Origin: Rotaria socialis
Taxonomy: Eukaryota
Direction: 5' to 3'
Length of the DNA: 64,000 nucleotides
NCBI GenBank assembly: GCA_905331295.1
Contig: CAJNYD010000003.1
Location: forward strand, 62,001-126,000
Shown here in pieces: positions 1-12,240 of the stretch (position 1 is its first letter; every line of letters begins with the position of its first letter). The notes under the pieces were generated by a model. It was not told the DNA's origin, searched no databases, and saw only the letters and a list, made by a program, of their open reading frames with translations. The translations under genes and the position numbers were made by a program.

Positions 1-249
1 TCTTTATTCATATAAAAAGAAAAATGAAAAAAGTTCCTGCTAAATGAATGATGATCGTCTATGTATGATTGACAACTAGATATTCTCTATTTGCTTGTTA
101 TTGACAAGTAGAGAATATTGATCTTTCATTAGAAATAAAATCAATATTTGAACAAAAAGAAAAAAAATTGATCATTTATTTAAAGAAGATACATTCTACT
201 TCTCTGCTTTATTACTAAGCGAACTATCAATAATTATATAGGATACGCG

Positions 250-3200
250 ATGGATATTAGTCATTGCACACAAACGAACAATTATTTTATTGTTGTAATT
301 AACTTATGTTTACTGATCCAAGGTTCAGCTTTTTATTTAATTTTAGTACAAAAACAAATTTCAAATTTTCTTTCGTTAATATTTAGGTCAATTTTATTTA
401 CCACATGTGTGTTTCATGACGTTTGATACGGTATCGATAACGTCTGATCCATTGAATTCAAATGCAACGTACGTTGATTTTATTTTGTAACTTCTCTAAA
501 TTTCATATTCTTAGTATATTTATATGTCCATCATCATGTTATACAATGCAATATCTAGCTAATCAGCAAGAATATCCCTTATTTGGTAATGAGACATATT
601 CAGGAGTAAGTTAACATATTCAAATGCTGTAAAAAAAAGTTAAAAATAAAATTTCTCAAGAATTCATTAATTTGTAAATCAGCTTTACACGATGGTCGTA
701 TCGCACCTTGGCAGCAAGACAACTCTACATTAACAATAAGTAATAGATCATCTCAATCATCAACATTTATAAGTAGTCTTAGAAATGGGATTCTATCAGG
801 TAAATTAATTGGCAATCCGTATTTCGTTTACCGATTTCTAAATCATCGAATAAATGGTAAGAATTTATTAAATTCTATTTAAAAAATAAAACAAAAATGT
901 CCTTATCTAGAAACATCAATACCCGATGTAGCTATAGAACATCGTGGATATATTTACTCTCAAAATCAATCATCAAGTATAACATGTAGAAGTAAATCAA
1001 ATTTATATCCAATTCAATCGATTAATATGGATCATGGATGTATATCATTTTTACTATTAGTAAAAGAACATCATTTTAGAAATAATTTCTTTTTAAGGGA
1101 AATATTGGAAAGAAAATCGTTTGAAATATTTTACAATTCCTCGAATTTACACCAGAAATCAATCTTTAAACTTTTGTTTGAACAATAACGGAACATTAAT
1201 GTATTGGGCGAATTCAACGGAACAAGAAATCCTTCAAAGTAAAATTGTGTATCATCAATTATTCCTTTTAAGGAAAACAAATATCTTTATCTGTTTTAAA
1301 ATAGGCATTCTTCTGACAACAATTCATCAATTATTTCATTTTCAAAGAACCTCACTTAGTAATAATACATTAACTTTTTTTATTGGCTTAAAACAAATTA
1401 ATCGAATTAAACGATGGGAATCGAATGTAAGATTTCTTTTAAAAATATTGCTCGATGTTTCTATTCTAAAATCATATTTTCTAAATGATTTCATCAATAA
1501 GATAAGACACAAAAGTAGCGAAGAAAAACCACTTCAACTTTTCGATGCAGTATCGCTCTATAGTTCTTCCGTTTTAACTAAATTATTTTGTGTGACTACG
1601 CTACTATTACCAGGAAATGAAAGTGAATTTTGGAATATTTTGTAATTGTAAATGTTTTTAATTTTAAAAAGTATGCAAAACTTTTATCTAATGAAATAAA
1701 ACTAAGTTACAGACATACTTAATCAAAATTGTTATTAAAAATATTCATAGAGATCAACCGATATGAATTCGAAAGAGAAAAATAAGAATTTCAATTTTTC
1801 TATGTAAAATTTCATCTTTATATAACATGCGATTGTTGAACATCATTTGTATGATATATCCGTATTCTCATTTCTCATCGTATAAGTATCAAATATTTAC
1901 ATTTGTAAATTATGAGAGAATGTCCTTAATAAACTCGAATACTAGTTTTTTCATAAAAAAATTTCTTTAGGCTATTTCGTATAATGAATCATTGGGAATA
2001 AATTTAATAAACGACGAAGATTATTGTACAATAATTCAATCTGATGGTTTTAATGCTCAATCAATAAGAATATTAGACCATAAATGTGATGATACAACTA
2101 TTTATGGATATTCACTATGTCGTCTTTTACGTAAGTTCAAATTAAAATAAGAACTCATTCAATTTTTATTTTGTATTTTATTTAGCATCTGTAATAGATG
2201 ATGGAAAGAATTTTATTTATCGTCTTGAGATGGATAATCAATCAAAGAATTTAACCGGTGTTATTGATTTTTGTTCGGAATTAGGTGGATATCCAATTTA
2301 TGCAAATAATGCATATGAATGGCAATTGATTCAAGGTATATCGATTATATAAGAATACTTTCTAATAAAGTATCCGTCTTTTTCCTTATCAAATAACTTA
2401 TTACTAGATAGAACGTCGAAATTTAAAATAAATCCGTAAGATTTTAACTTGTGAACTCTTTCTGCTTGGTTTATATATAATACGACACTAGTGAATCAAC
2501 ATCAAATTTTATCGAGGCAGCGCTCATAACATAATTTGAACTTGACAATAAAATAAATAAATAAATAGTTCAATTTCTATAATTCCGTTCGACATCTCAG
2601 TTAGGTTATTTTAATTGATACTACATCGATAAGAATCATTCAAATAATACTCCTAACGAAATCCGGAAGACAACGTACAATACTATGTTTTGAACCTTAG
2701 CTAATTCACTTTTAAAGTGTTAGTTTTGTTAGAGAATTTGATCTTCAAATAAAACGAAAATGAAAAATTGATTTTTTCCTATTACTGAATTCTGAAAAAT
2801 GAATACCTAACCATCAGAGACTTTAATTACAGTGAAAACCTAATCTTCCACGCGACTCTATCATCAGTTTTACATCGTGTTGATGTAAATTCTCTAGTTA
2901 GACTATGATCATAAACTTGATAGAATGATAATAACTTGAATAGAAATAAGTCAAAATTGAAATACATTCAAGTTTTTACTAGTATGATTTAGATGTAATT
3001 ATATATGGGCAAAATATTACATTAAAAATCAATTCTAATAACAGTAGATTCCACTGATTAGTAAAATAGTGAACAATGAAATTCAAATAAATCACTGCAA
3101 ATCTCTTATGTAAAATTTCTGATTCAGGTTCTTGTTTAGTTTGAGGAGAAGATTTATTTTCATTGTTTTCTCTTATTCTTTACCTTTGTAGTTATATGAC

Positions 3201-6200
3201 AGAATGAAAAAGAAAGTCTATCTTCTTATTTGTAGTTTGACGTCGACATCATTGTGATTTTCTTTATCATAAGATCTAGACTTAAAATCATTCATAACTG
3301 TTTTTTTTAATGCGCTGCGAAGCATAGCATTTATGTAGTCCGTCGCGTGTTTTCTTTTTTGCTTTCTCGGCATACGCATCGTTTTCATCATTTTGTGACC
3401 TGATGACCTCGAGTGCCGAAAATCATAGAAAACTCATTGAAACGGGAGATGAAAGTATCGAGATCGAACTTCTAACATCTTTTTTCTATTCTTTAATCTG
3501 ATATTCTGTTCATTCGCAAATGTGGTTTCAAAATGATGAAAATGAAAGAAATTTGTTGCGAGATAATTAAAGTGACGTCATCAACATATGTTAGCAACTA
3601 TAGTCTATTCATTTACAGCTGATCTACGATAATGAATCATGGAGATAATTAATCGATCAATCGAAATCGATCCTTAAGAATGTATCGCTAAGTAAAAATG
3701 GAGTTTTCTCAGTGATGAATTTGATCATGTCGACAAAAAAAGTATTCAAGATTTCTCTGAATTGAAGATTTTTCATGAATATCCGACTCGAGCTTCGCAT
3801 CGCATTTCGTATTCGAGTAAAACTTGAATACCATCTAGTTTTACTCNTAAGATAATGAATCATGGAGATAATTAATCGATCAATCGAAATCGATCCTTAA
3901 GAATGTATCGCTAAGTAAGAATGGAGTTTTCTCAGTGATGAATTTCATTATGTCGACATAAAAAGAGTATTCAATATTTCTCTGAATTGTAGATTTTTCG
4001 TGAAGATCCGATTCAAGCTTCGCATCGCATTTCGTATTCGAGTGAAACTTGAATACCATCTAGTTTGTTTTTTAAGACAACTGCTGAAAACAGGAAAAGG
4101 TGTATATTCCAAGTGAATATGCAACTAATCAGGTCAAAACGATGTCTAATTAATTCTAAGATTGCTTGTTACTTTTCCGTTAAATTTTTAATTTTTTCGT
4201 GTACTCGGCTCGTGCTTCGCACCGTATTTCGTATACGAGTGAAATTCGAATACCATCTAGTTCTAATCGCGATTAAAAAAAACCTTTTGTATATATCTCA
4301 CATAAAAACGACCGAGAAAAACTTAATATTAATATCAAGAGCATTTTATTTGTGAATTATCTCTTTATAGAAATCATGTTAAACGATTCAAATTTTGATT
4401 CCTTTTATGTTTACACGGGTTTAATATCTGAAACAAAACAAGTTGAAAATGCATATTGGATTCCAACAAATATTTCCGTATGTTTTTCTATGTGAAATAA
4501 ATCTAATTAAAATCTATGAATCATATTTTAGTATAATAGTTCATTGGATTTTATTCAGTTTGCTACACCTCGAGGTAGCGATCGAATAGGATATCATTTA
4601 TCAAAAGCTGATGATGAATCCTACTATCTATTATATGATATAAATCCAAATTCAAGTTTAAATAAACTTCGATTTTGTCGTAAAAACGATATTCAATCAT
4701 TAATAAAACAATCTTCATCGTGTAATCATAAATCTTGTCTATCAAAATGTTTGAATATAACTCTTCCAAGTCAGAGTGATGATACAAGATTCGGTTTTTA
4801 TAGTTGTATGCCAAAAAATAGTTTAGCTGGAATCGTTTATACACAATCATTTCCAGAACAAGGTGATTTTATTCGACCGAATCTTCCAATGGATTATAGT
4901 GTTGCACTTCGAAGAAATTATAATCAACCGTTAATACTAAGTTTTGAACAAATCGATCAAGATCTTCGATATTCATGTTATCAATACATCAATTTTGATA
5001 CAATGTCAACATTAAATGATACAATTAAATTATTTTGTAATGAATCAAATACAAAGAACAAAACGATGAATGGAATCAGTTTTAAAAAAGACTTCAATGG
5101 TCTTGTATCATTTTCTTTAGAGGAAAAAAGAATGTCAGGACATCATACAAGATTTATTGATTATCAATTATGTAAATTTATTTTCATTGAAGAAAAAAAG
5201 ATTTATCACATTTTATTTTATTGTTTAGATGATAGTCGATGTCAAAATCAAGGAATATATTATTCATATATAAATAAATGTATTTGTGCACCTGGCTTTT
5301 ATGGAGATCAATGTCAATACAGTAAATAAATAATTTCTATTTAGATCGATAATAAATTTTTGTTTTTCTTTGAACAAAAAAACCAAAGGTTGCCCGCCAG
5401 GTTATTATGGGCAAACTTGTGATTTTCATTGTTCAGGTGATGATGATTATTGTAAAGGTTTATTAATTTGTTTACCTGATCCGTACGGATGTTCGTGTTA
5501 TACTGGTTGGTATGGAACAAATTGTAATATAAGTAAGAAAATTTAAGTTATTTTTCTCTCTATTTATTATTATTTTAATATTTGATTAGGTTGTCCAACT
5601 GGTCTATATGGACCCGACTGTTCTTATCAATGCTCATGTTTAGATTGTAATCGATTTACCGGTGTTTGTAATTGTAATGGAACAGAATGCTATCAAGGTA
5701 ATTAAAATTTTTATTTTTATTTTTATATCCACAAATTGTACTCTTGGCAATATTCACAAGAATATTTATTGTGAATTGAATAAAACTTAATAGCTTTTTT
5801 TTAAATTGACAAATCTATATTTCATGCTTAATCTTTCTCGATTCTTAAACTTAAGTACTATACTTAACAGAAAATTATTATCAAAACATATTAATAAATA
5901 ATATCTATTTTTTTTAAAAGAAAAGAAAAACTAAATAAACATCAGTCATAAGATAAGAGTATCTTTGAACATTATTCATTTCGATAAATAACTTCTTATT
6001 AAATCGAAATAAATCGATTAATTCTAGAATTTGATATAAATCAAGATAGATAGCTCTGTCTCTTTTGTTGAGAAATAATATTGATAATCTTACAGTATGT
6101 TCCTGTAAAAAAAAACATTTCATTTTTTTTCTGATGAATTTAAATTGTATTTCAAAATAAAACATCTATTGGTTTATTGAAAAATTTTTGTGAATACTTT

Positions 6201-6611
6201 TTTTTGTTATGTAATTTCTGTTCCAATGGGTGGAAAAAACTATTTTGGTTTTTAAAAGAAATTAAAAACTCACACGTATATGTAATTATATAAATTTTTT
6301 CAGTAATAATGAAAGAAAAACTTTTATTCACTAAAATAAATAATTAGACTTACAAAAACAAACAATTCTTTGTAAAAACAATTTCAGGTATTTACAATCG
6401 GTTGGAGCTACAATCAAAATGTTCATCAGTATCAGCATCATCATCATCATCAAATTTGGCTTTATTAATAGTTATTCCAATAATGAGTGTAATCATCTTA
6501 ATAACTTTAATTGCAATAATATTATATTGGAAAATAGTCCATTCAAAAAGTGAACAAACAAATATGAATTCATCTCATCGATCTAATAATATAAATGATG
6601 AACATCTGTAA
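250..6611 (+). CDS. Multi-exon type I membrane protein: hydrophobic N-terminus, LCCL domain, two C-type lectin-like domains, Tie-type EGF repeats, TM helix, ~25-aa tail
   Basis: GT-AG exons join in frame. LCCL motifs: [39 protein letters not shown] (~515-856). CTLD-like: [31 protein letters not shown] and [88 protein letters not shown]. Stop 6609-6611. The ATG at 250 is inferred. Confidence 0.8.
3301..4262 (+). mobile_element. Non-autonomous Helentron/DINE-1-like (HINE) element in an intron, with three tandem 3' ends
   Basis: T-run followed by subTIR aatgcgctgcgaagc (3309-3323). Its near-complement gcttcgcatcgcatt (3792-3806) is followed by stem-loop gtattcgagt-aaa-acttgaatac and catctagtt. 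The same 3' module recurs with CTAG at 4060-4063 and 4257-4260. Confidence 0.65.
3628..4063. repeat. ~215-bp direct duplication across an N
   Basis: gataatgaatcatggag...ccatctagtt occurs at 3628-3840 and 3851-4065 with several substitutions; N at 3847. Confidence 0.85.
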
Positions 6612-7419
6612 TATTTTCTTCAATATGATTAAAATGTTTAAAATGACATGGAGGAGATATATCACTTTTTTTAATAAAACGTTTTAAAATTTTATGATTT
6701 GATAAATTTTCTGTGAGAAATCGATTTTGTTTTAAATATGAATAAAACTTTGTAAACAGATTGTCGTCATTTGACTCAAAACGTAGCATAATTGATGAAT
6801 TATTCAATGAATGACGAAAAGAAAGTGTTAGCGTTGTTGGTTGAATTATATTTGATATTGATGTTATACGATCAGACCAAAGAATAAAACCAGTTTTTTC
6901 ATCAACAATCATTAAACGAAGTTCAGATGAACGGCGAGGATTTAAACCCGTGTTATATAACCATATTGGATAACCACGATGAATTAATTTCCATTGTTCT
7001 AATGAACAAGCTTGAAGATCAGTTAAAATGAATAAACGAATTAAACAAGGTGATACATATAGTAATGAACCCATGGAAGAATAAAGAGATTCAATACGTT
7101 CAATAAGTAAACTTTCATTGATTGGCAATGTTTTATCTTCGTTTGATTTTCCATCAATTAACTCTGAAAAACGTCTTTGAAGTTTTTCTAATTCTGAACA
7201 ATTCCATTGATTTGTTTGTTTTTCAACTGTTAATAAAGGTTTTACTATTCCGACTTGCTTTTTTTCTCGTCGTTCGATAGAATTATATTCCATCGGTGGA
7301 ATAAAAAGAAGTTGATCATTTTTACTTTTATTTACATCAATATTAGATAAACAGTTTGATTCATCGGATATATATTCATCTAAATTAAATTCAAAATTAA
7401 AATACGAACTATTATTCAT
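6583..7419 (-). CDS. WH1/PH-like domain protein with a C-terminal CRIB (Cdc42/Rac-binding) motif
   Basis: 278-aa uninterrupted ORF. The segment IRLFIL..WKLIHRGYPIWL..LRLMIVDEKTGFILWSDRI..IMLRFES..FTKFY resembles a WH1/EVH1 fold. KKSDISPPCHFKHFNHI matches the CRIB consensus ISxPxxFxHxxH. Confidence 0.75.
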   Translation of the reverse strand: MNNSSYFNFEFNLDEYISDESNCLSNIDVNKSKNDQLLFIPPMEYNSIERREKKQVGIVKPLLTVEKQTNQWNCSELEKLQRRFSELIDGKSNEDKTLPINESLLIERIESLYSSMGSLLYVSPCLIRLFILTDLQACSLEQWKLIHRGYPIWLYNTGLNPRRSSELRLMIVDEKTGFILWSDRITSISNIIQPTTLTLSFRHSLNNSSIMLRFESNDDNLFTKFYSYLKQNRFLTENLSNHKILKRFIKKSDISPPCHFKHFNHIEENITDVHHLYY

Positions 7420-10400
7420 TTTATCATATGTATTTCAACAGAATCAGCAAAAAATGCATATTATTCAATGAATTTAGAAAATTAAAATTTTCTCATTCAA
7501 CATGATTGGTTAGATATTTGTAAAAACGAAAGTCTTGTTGAAAAATTTCAATAGTTCAACTACAATCTAATTTCTTAGCTGTTAATTGGTAAAACTTACT
7601 TATTTGTTGTTGCTGTTTTTTCAAACGAGGAAGTTCTTTCAATTGTTCTCGTCTTTTCAATGGTTCAGTTTTCATATGTGCATTCAAATGATTACTCAAT
7701 GTCCAAATGATTTGTTTTCCATCGATTGATGTTGAATTATGTTTCGTTGAAAATTTATTTTGTTCTTCCATTCAAATAATCTTAATATTATAGAAAGAGG
7801 AAAAAAAGAATGAAATGACGTAATCGGAATGTTTGCATGTTTTAAAAACTGATGAAAAAAAAGAAAAAATGAAGGACAGTGTCATTATTTATGTACTCAT
7901 GAAATAATTTCACGTTTTAAAGGTGCATAAAAATTGCATTTAATCGACCTTGTTCAATCACAGTGTATATATATACATATATGAGGTGCGAGATGCAAGA
8001 GAGAGAGGGGAAAAGGGAGGGAGAGGGAGAAAGAGAGAGAAAAGAAGTGCAACGAAAATGGTTCCTTCTTTCTTCTTTTTCTTGTTCATGTTAGTAGCTA
8101 ATCCTCCTATAAGCAAACAAGATCGAACGATTAGAGAACAAAGTGCATATCATTATATAATCGTCTCTGTCACAATTGAATTTATTTGTCGTTTTCCTTT
8201 TAACTTGCCGCATGTCAATCGTATTTAAGTATCTTCACTTTATTAAATATCGTTTTCTTGTTTACATAAATCAATAAATCACATTTATGCGAGTTCTTAC
8301 TGGAAGATCGTATTGAACTACTTGATGCCAATAAATATTGATAGTATGTAACAAATAGGTTAAATAGATATTAATATTTATGTAACTTTCCTAAAAGAAT
8401 ATACGTATATGATAAGTGTTTCTGATTAGTAAAGCAAACAATTGAAAATAATTGGGAAATAAGAATGAAAAAGAAAGCCTTCTGTTTGTTTTATTAGTGA
8501 TGATGTGAAAATGTATCGAAGAGAAAAAAAGAACAAACATATGCTGATGATTAGAATCTGCGTGACAGAACGACGATGATAATTTCTTATGGTTGAATAT
8601 GTTATCTAATGTCAGTCTAGATTAAAAGGTCATTGATCGAAAAAGTATAAACAAAATAAGAGAAGATATATTTATGGTCATTATTAACTGATAAATAATA
8701 TAACAAATCTACTTACATTTTTAACGTGGCATAGAATTTGTTAGTTATATTTTTCACGATTTAAGATTTTCTATTTACTTTGATTTGGTTCACATTAGAA
8801 ACAAAACAAAGTTATTCTCATGGTTAAATCATGACGAGAATATTATTTGTAGAACATCCAAAGAATAGAAGTCGATGAAAGATTTTTCTCTTTATTCTCT
8901 AAGGAGGACAAGATAGATTCTATTCTATTCTATGCTATTGTAAAGAATTTTTTTTCTTCTTCGATAAACGTTCTATCTCCTATGAAAAAAAGAAACAAGA
9001 TTTCATAAATTAAATCTTAATCAATTAGATTAGCAATCGATTCAATAAGAGAAAGAAGATTGAGATTTTATAGTCATGAGTTCATACAATATGATTTATC
9101 TCGAGAAGAATAACCTTCTACTGTCCGTTAAGCAACAATGATTTTCTTTACATATGATTACTGAAAGAAATGACAACAATCATGTGAATTAGCAAAATAT
9201 CCTTGATCAAATGTAGAATACATTGGGATATTGCTTTCGTTTTCATAAGTATATTGTCCTAAAAATTCACCTTAACATTTATTCAAATAAGTATCATTTT
9301 ATCTTTATTTTAATAAGTTTAAATGTTTTTCTTTCAAAAACTTCAAACGATATGTCACAGACTAAATGTACTATTGTCTTTACCAATTTCTATTTTGAAA
9401 CAACGATGATTTTGTATATTCTAAAAAGAAATTCATATACATGAATACTCATCCATCAATTACTCAATTGATACATCCTACAAATATTTTGATCAGATTT
9501 GTTTAACAGACAAAAGAAAATGATTTTATGAAAATATCTGATACATCATCAATCAGATTTCCAATCAAAACTACGCTCAATAGATAAGTCTCATGAGTAG
9601 AGATAAGATAAATGTTTGTCAAAACAAAAGGCAATAAGCAAAACTGTTAGCATATTTCTAGTAGAAATGTAAAGCGAATATTATATATATATATATATTT
9701 GTTTAAGTGAAAGAAGAGTTAAATTATTTACGAATTTTGAAAGAAAAAGGTGTTGCTAAAAAAATTCGTCGAAGTTCATGATGGAAGAAAGACAGTGTTG
9801 AGAACGTATCTTTCATGGCCTAGAAAAAGAAAAGAAAAGAAAAGAAATTGAAATTTTAATCATTTTACTCAAACAATCTTGTTAAATCATGTATCAGGAA
9901 AATACTTATCAATATTAATTATATCAGTAGATGCTTTTTTCAGAAAATAGGTGGGCACGAAACCGTAGATTCAAAACGAAGATTAAACTTAAAATTATTA
10001 TATATGAACAATCATTTTTATAATAACAATACATCGAAATAAAGAATTTATACAAGCCAAACATGAAATATGTACGATGCTAAAGTCTTGAGTTTTCGAG
10101 TCTAAAATTTCATACAGTAATTGAATCACTCAACAGAAAACTTTAAAAATTTGATTTTGTTTTATTGCTATCAAGTCTCATAATAATATAAATATATTAT
10201 TACGAGATTTCATATAGCTGTATACATTTATTCCACTTCAAGAATGAAGACTCAGTGATGTGATAATTGTTTAGAGTGTATTTACATCAATATACAATCA
10301 TAAACTATCACAAAAACAAAACATATTTCATCTTATCTACTGATATTTACATTTAAAAAAATATTATAGTCATTCACAAAGAATATAATAGAATAGAACA

Positions 10401-10930
10401 AGAAAGAAATAAAGAAAAGAAAGTCATCATAATCCATGAAAGAAATGACCAATTGAGATCATAAGTTTGATTGGCACATGAATGCACATGTTGATGAGAC
10501 TATTCATGTGTTATCAATATTTAAATGACGAGTGAAAAGAAAATTGTATAGGTTCAATTCATCCTATTAAAGTTAATCATATTTTCAATTAAATTTTCTA
10601 CATAAAATTAAAAAGCTTTCAATTAAATAAAATCGTTCATCGAATATTTTTCTACTTTCAATACTTGATGAAGTGAATAAGTTGCGAATTCTAATAAATT
10701 TAAAATTACTAAAGATTTAAAAAAAAAAGAAACTTGTCAATAACAATTAATATCAGTAAGCCGGAGAAAGTGTAAAAATAAATCGAATCAGACATGTTTC
10801 GTTACATAAATAAAAATAGAATTGAATCTTGGAGAGTCGAAAGCGAACTTTGACTGTAAATGATTAGACGCAATAATATTCAAATTCTTCTCATCAGATT
10901 AAAGATAAAACTGAAGTTTTGAATTCTATA

Positions 10931-11057
10931 CCCAGTCAAACAAGCAACGAAAAATAACGCGTAAAAACGAATAAAAACCGCACATTTCTGCGATTTTATT
11001 TTCGTTAAGAATTCTATTCGTTTTTACGCGCTATTTTTCGTTGCTTGTCTGATTGGG
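10931..11057. mobile_element. Short MITE with ~43-bp TIRs (CCC...GGG termini)
   Basis: cccagtcaaacaagcaacgaaaaataacgcgtaaaaacgaata is the near reverse complement of tattcgtttttacgcgctatttttcgttgcttgtctgattggg. Flanks are TA and CA. Confidence 0.8.
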
Positions 11058-11314
11058 CATATTCTCTTTCGCGTTAAAAGTTTTCAATGTGTTACCGAAG
11101 TAGCTTCATGTAAAACCAGCAGCATCTATGATAGCCGTATTCAAAATATGTATGAAGAACATCAACAAATGAAAACAAATTCTGTCTAGCTATAGTTGCC
11201 CAATATAAATACTCCTTCTGAGCTCATATTCACGTATGATACTGTTATGGATGGTGTGTAGAGAGAGGCTTAGCACATGAAGGGTTTGAATAAGTTTCGC
11301 CGCTAGCGATGTAT

Positions 11315-11551
11315 CCTGCTAACACCGCGGTTTATCGAATGACTGGTTGTCTTAGGTTTCACAGACCGTGGCTGATAATGCAAACACGGCGGTTTATCCG
11401 ATTAGTGGTTGCCTCAGGTTTCGTAGCTCGCGGTGGATAACGCAAACACCGCGGCTTTCTGCGACCGCAAGTACAGAAAACCGCTAAAAGACGCGGTTTC
11501 CCAAAATCAACCGCGGTATGAGCGGTTTTGCTTGAATTATTTTTACGTGGG
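11315..11551. repeat. GC-rich repeat with ~62-bp internal tandem units; probable MITE fragment
   Basis: Unit aacaccgcggtttatc..ggttg..aggtttc..gataa(t/c)gca repeats about 2.3 times; multiple ccgcgg; ends in tggg. Confidence 0.55.
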
Positions 11552-12240
11552 ATCGTCCATACATTTTAATCTATGTTCCTATAGTTTTTAAAGTTTTAAA
11601 AGGTTCTATCAACATATAAGAAAAAATTGGAAAATCGATCGAAATATGAAAGAAATATAGAATGACAGAAAAAGAGGAATATCGGAATTACAGGTCGAAT
11701 TGGACCTTAATTAATAAGACAAATTTTACTGTCATCGAAAGAGAATTAATACACGTCAATAGTTTCACTTTCCATATCTAATATTTTACTTCAGAAACGA
11801 CTCTCCTAATCCTAACTGGTCTCTCGATTTTCACAGAAAATGATCGTCATCGTTGCCTATTAATTCCATCTGAAGTTCTTGAAGGAAGGCGCCGTCTGGC
11901 GCAAAAAAATGATCGATGTTTAACTTCTCACAATATGATGTCAAATGAAATTGAAAAAGTAATACGATGATAGGCTAATCAAAATGTTAATCGAATTCAA
12001 CAATTGACTTTCAGTATTTAATTTAACATTCGTGAAAATATTGAACAAGGTCTTAGACAACTATAAGTAAAGTAAAAATGAGAGACATCTACCCAATAAT
12101 TGTTGTAAAACGATGCAATAGAACACACATCTGTCCGATGAAAAAGTAGTTATTGCTAAAGAGGACTGTCTATAATCGACTTAAAAACAAACAAACAAAC
12201 ATATCATAGTCGTATCAAATACAATACATAATCAAATCAA

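Noticed and set aside
1121..1645. 174-aa ORF as a standalone gene
   Set aside because: It is two exons of the receptor gene read through intron sequence.
7556..7771. 71-aa minus ORF as an upstream coding exon of the CRIB gene
   Set aside because: It has a GTAAGT donor, but the nearest acceptor leads to a stop. It may be a uORF or UTR exon; unsupported as CDS.
8258..8266. FOXO-binding TTGTTTAC motif (also near 57706)
   Set aside because: An AT-rich 8-mer expected several times by chance in this composition.
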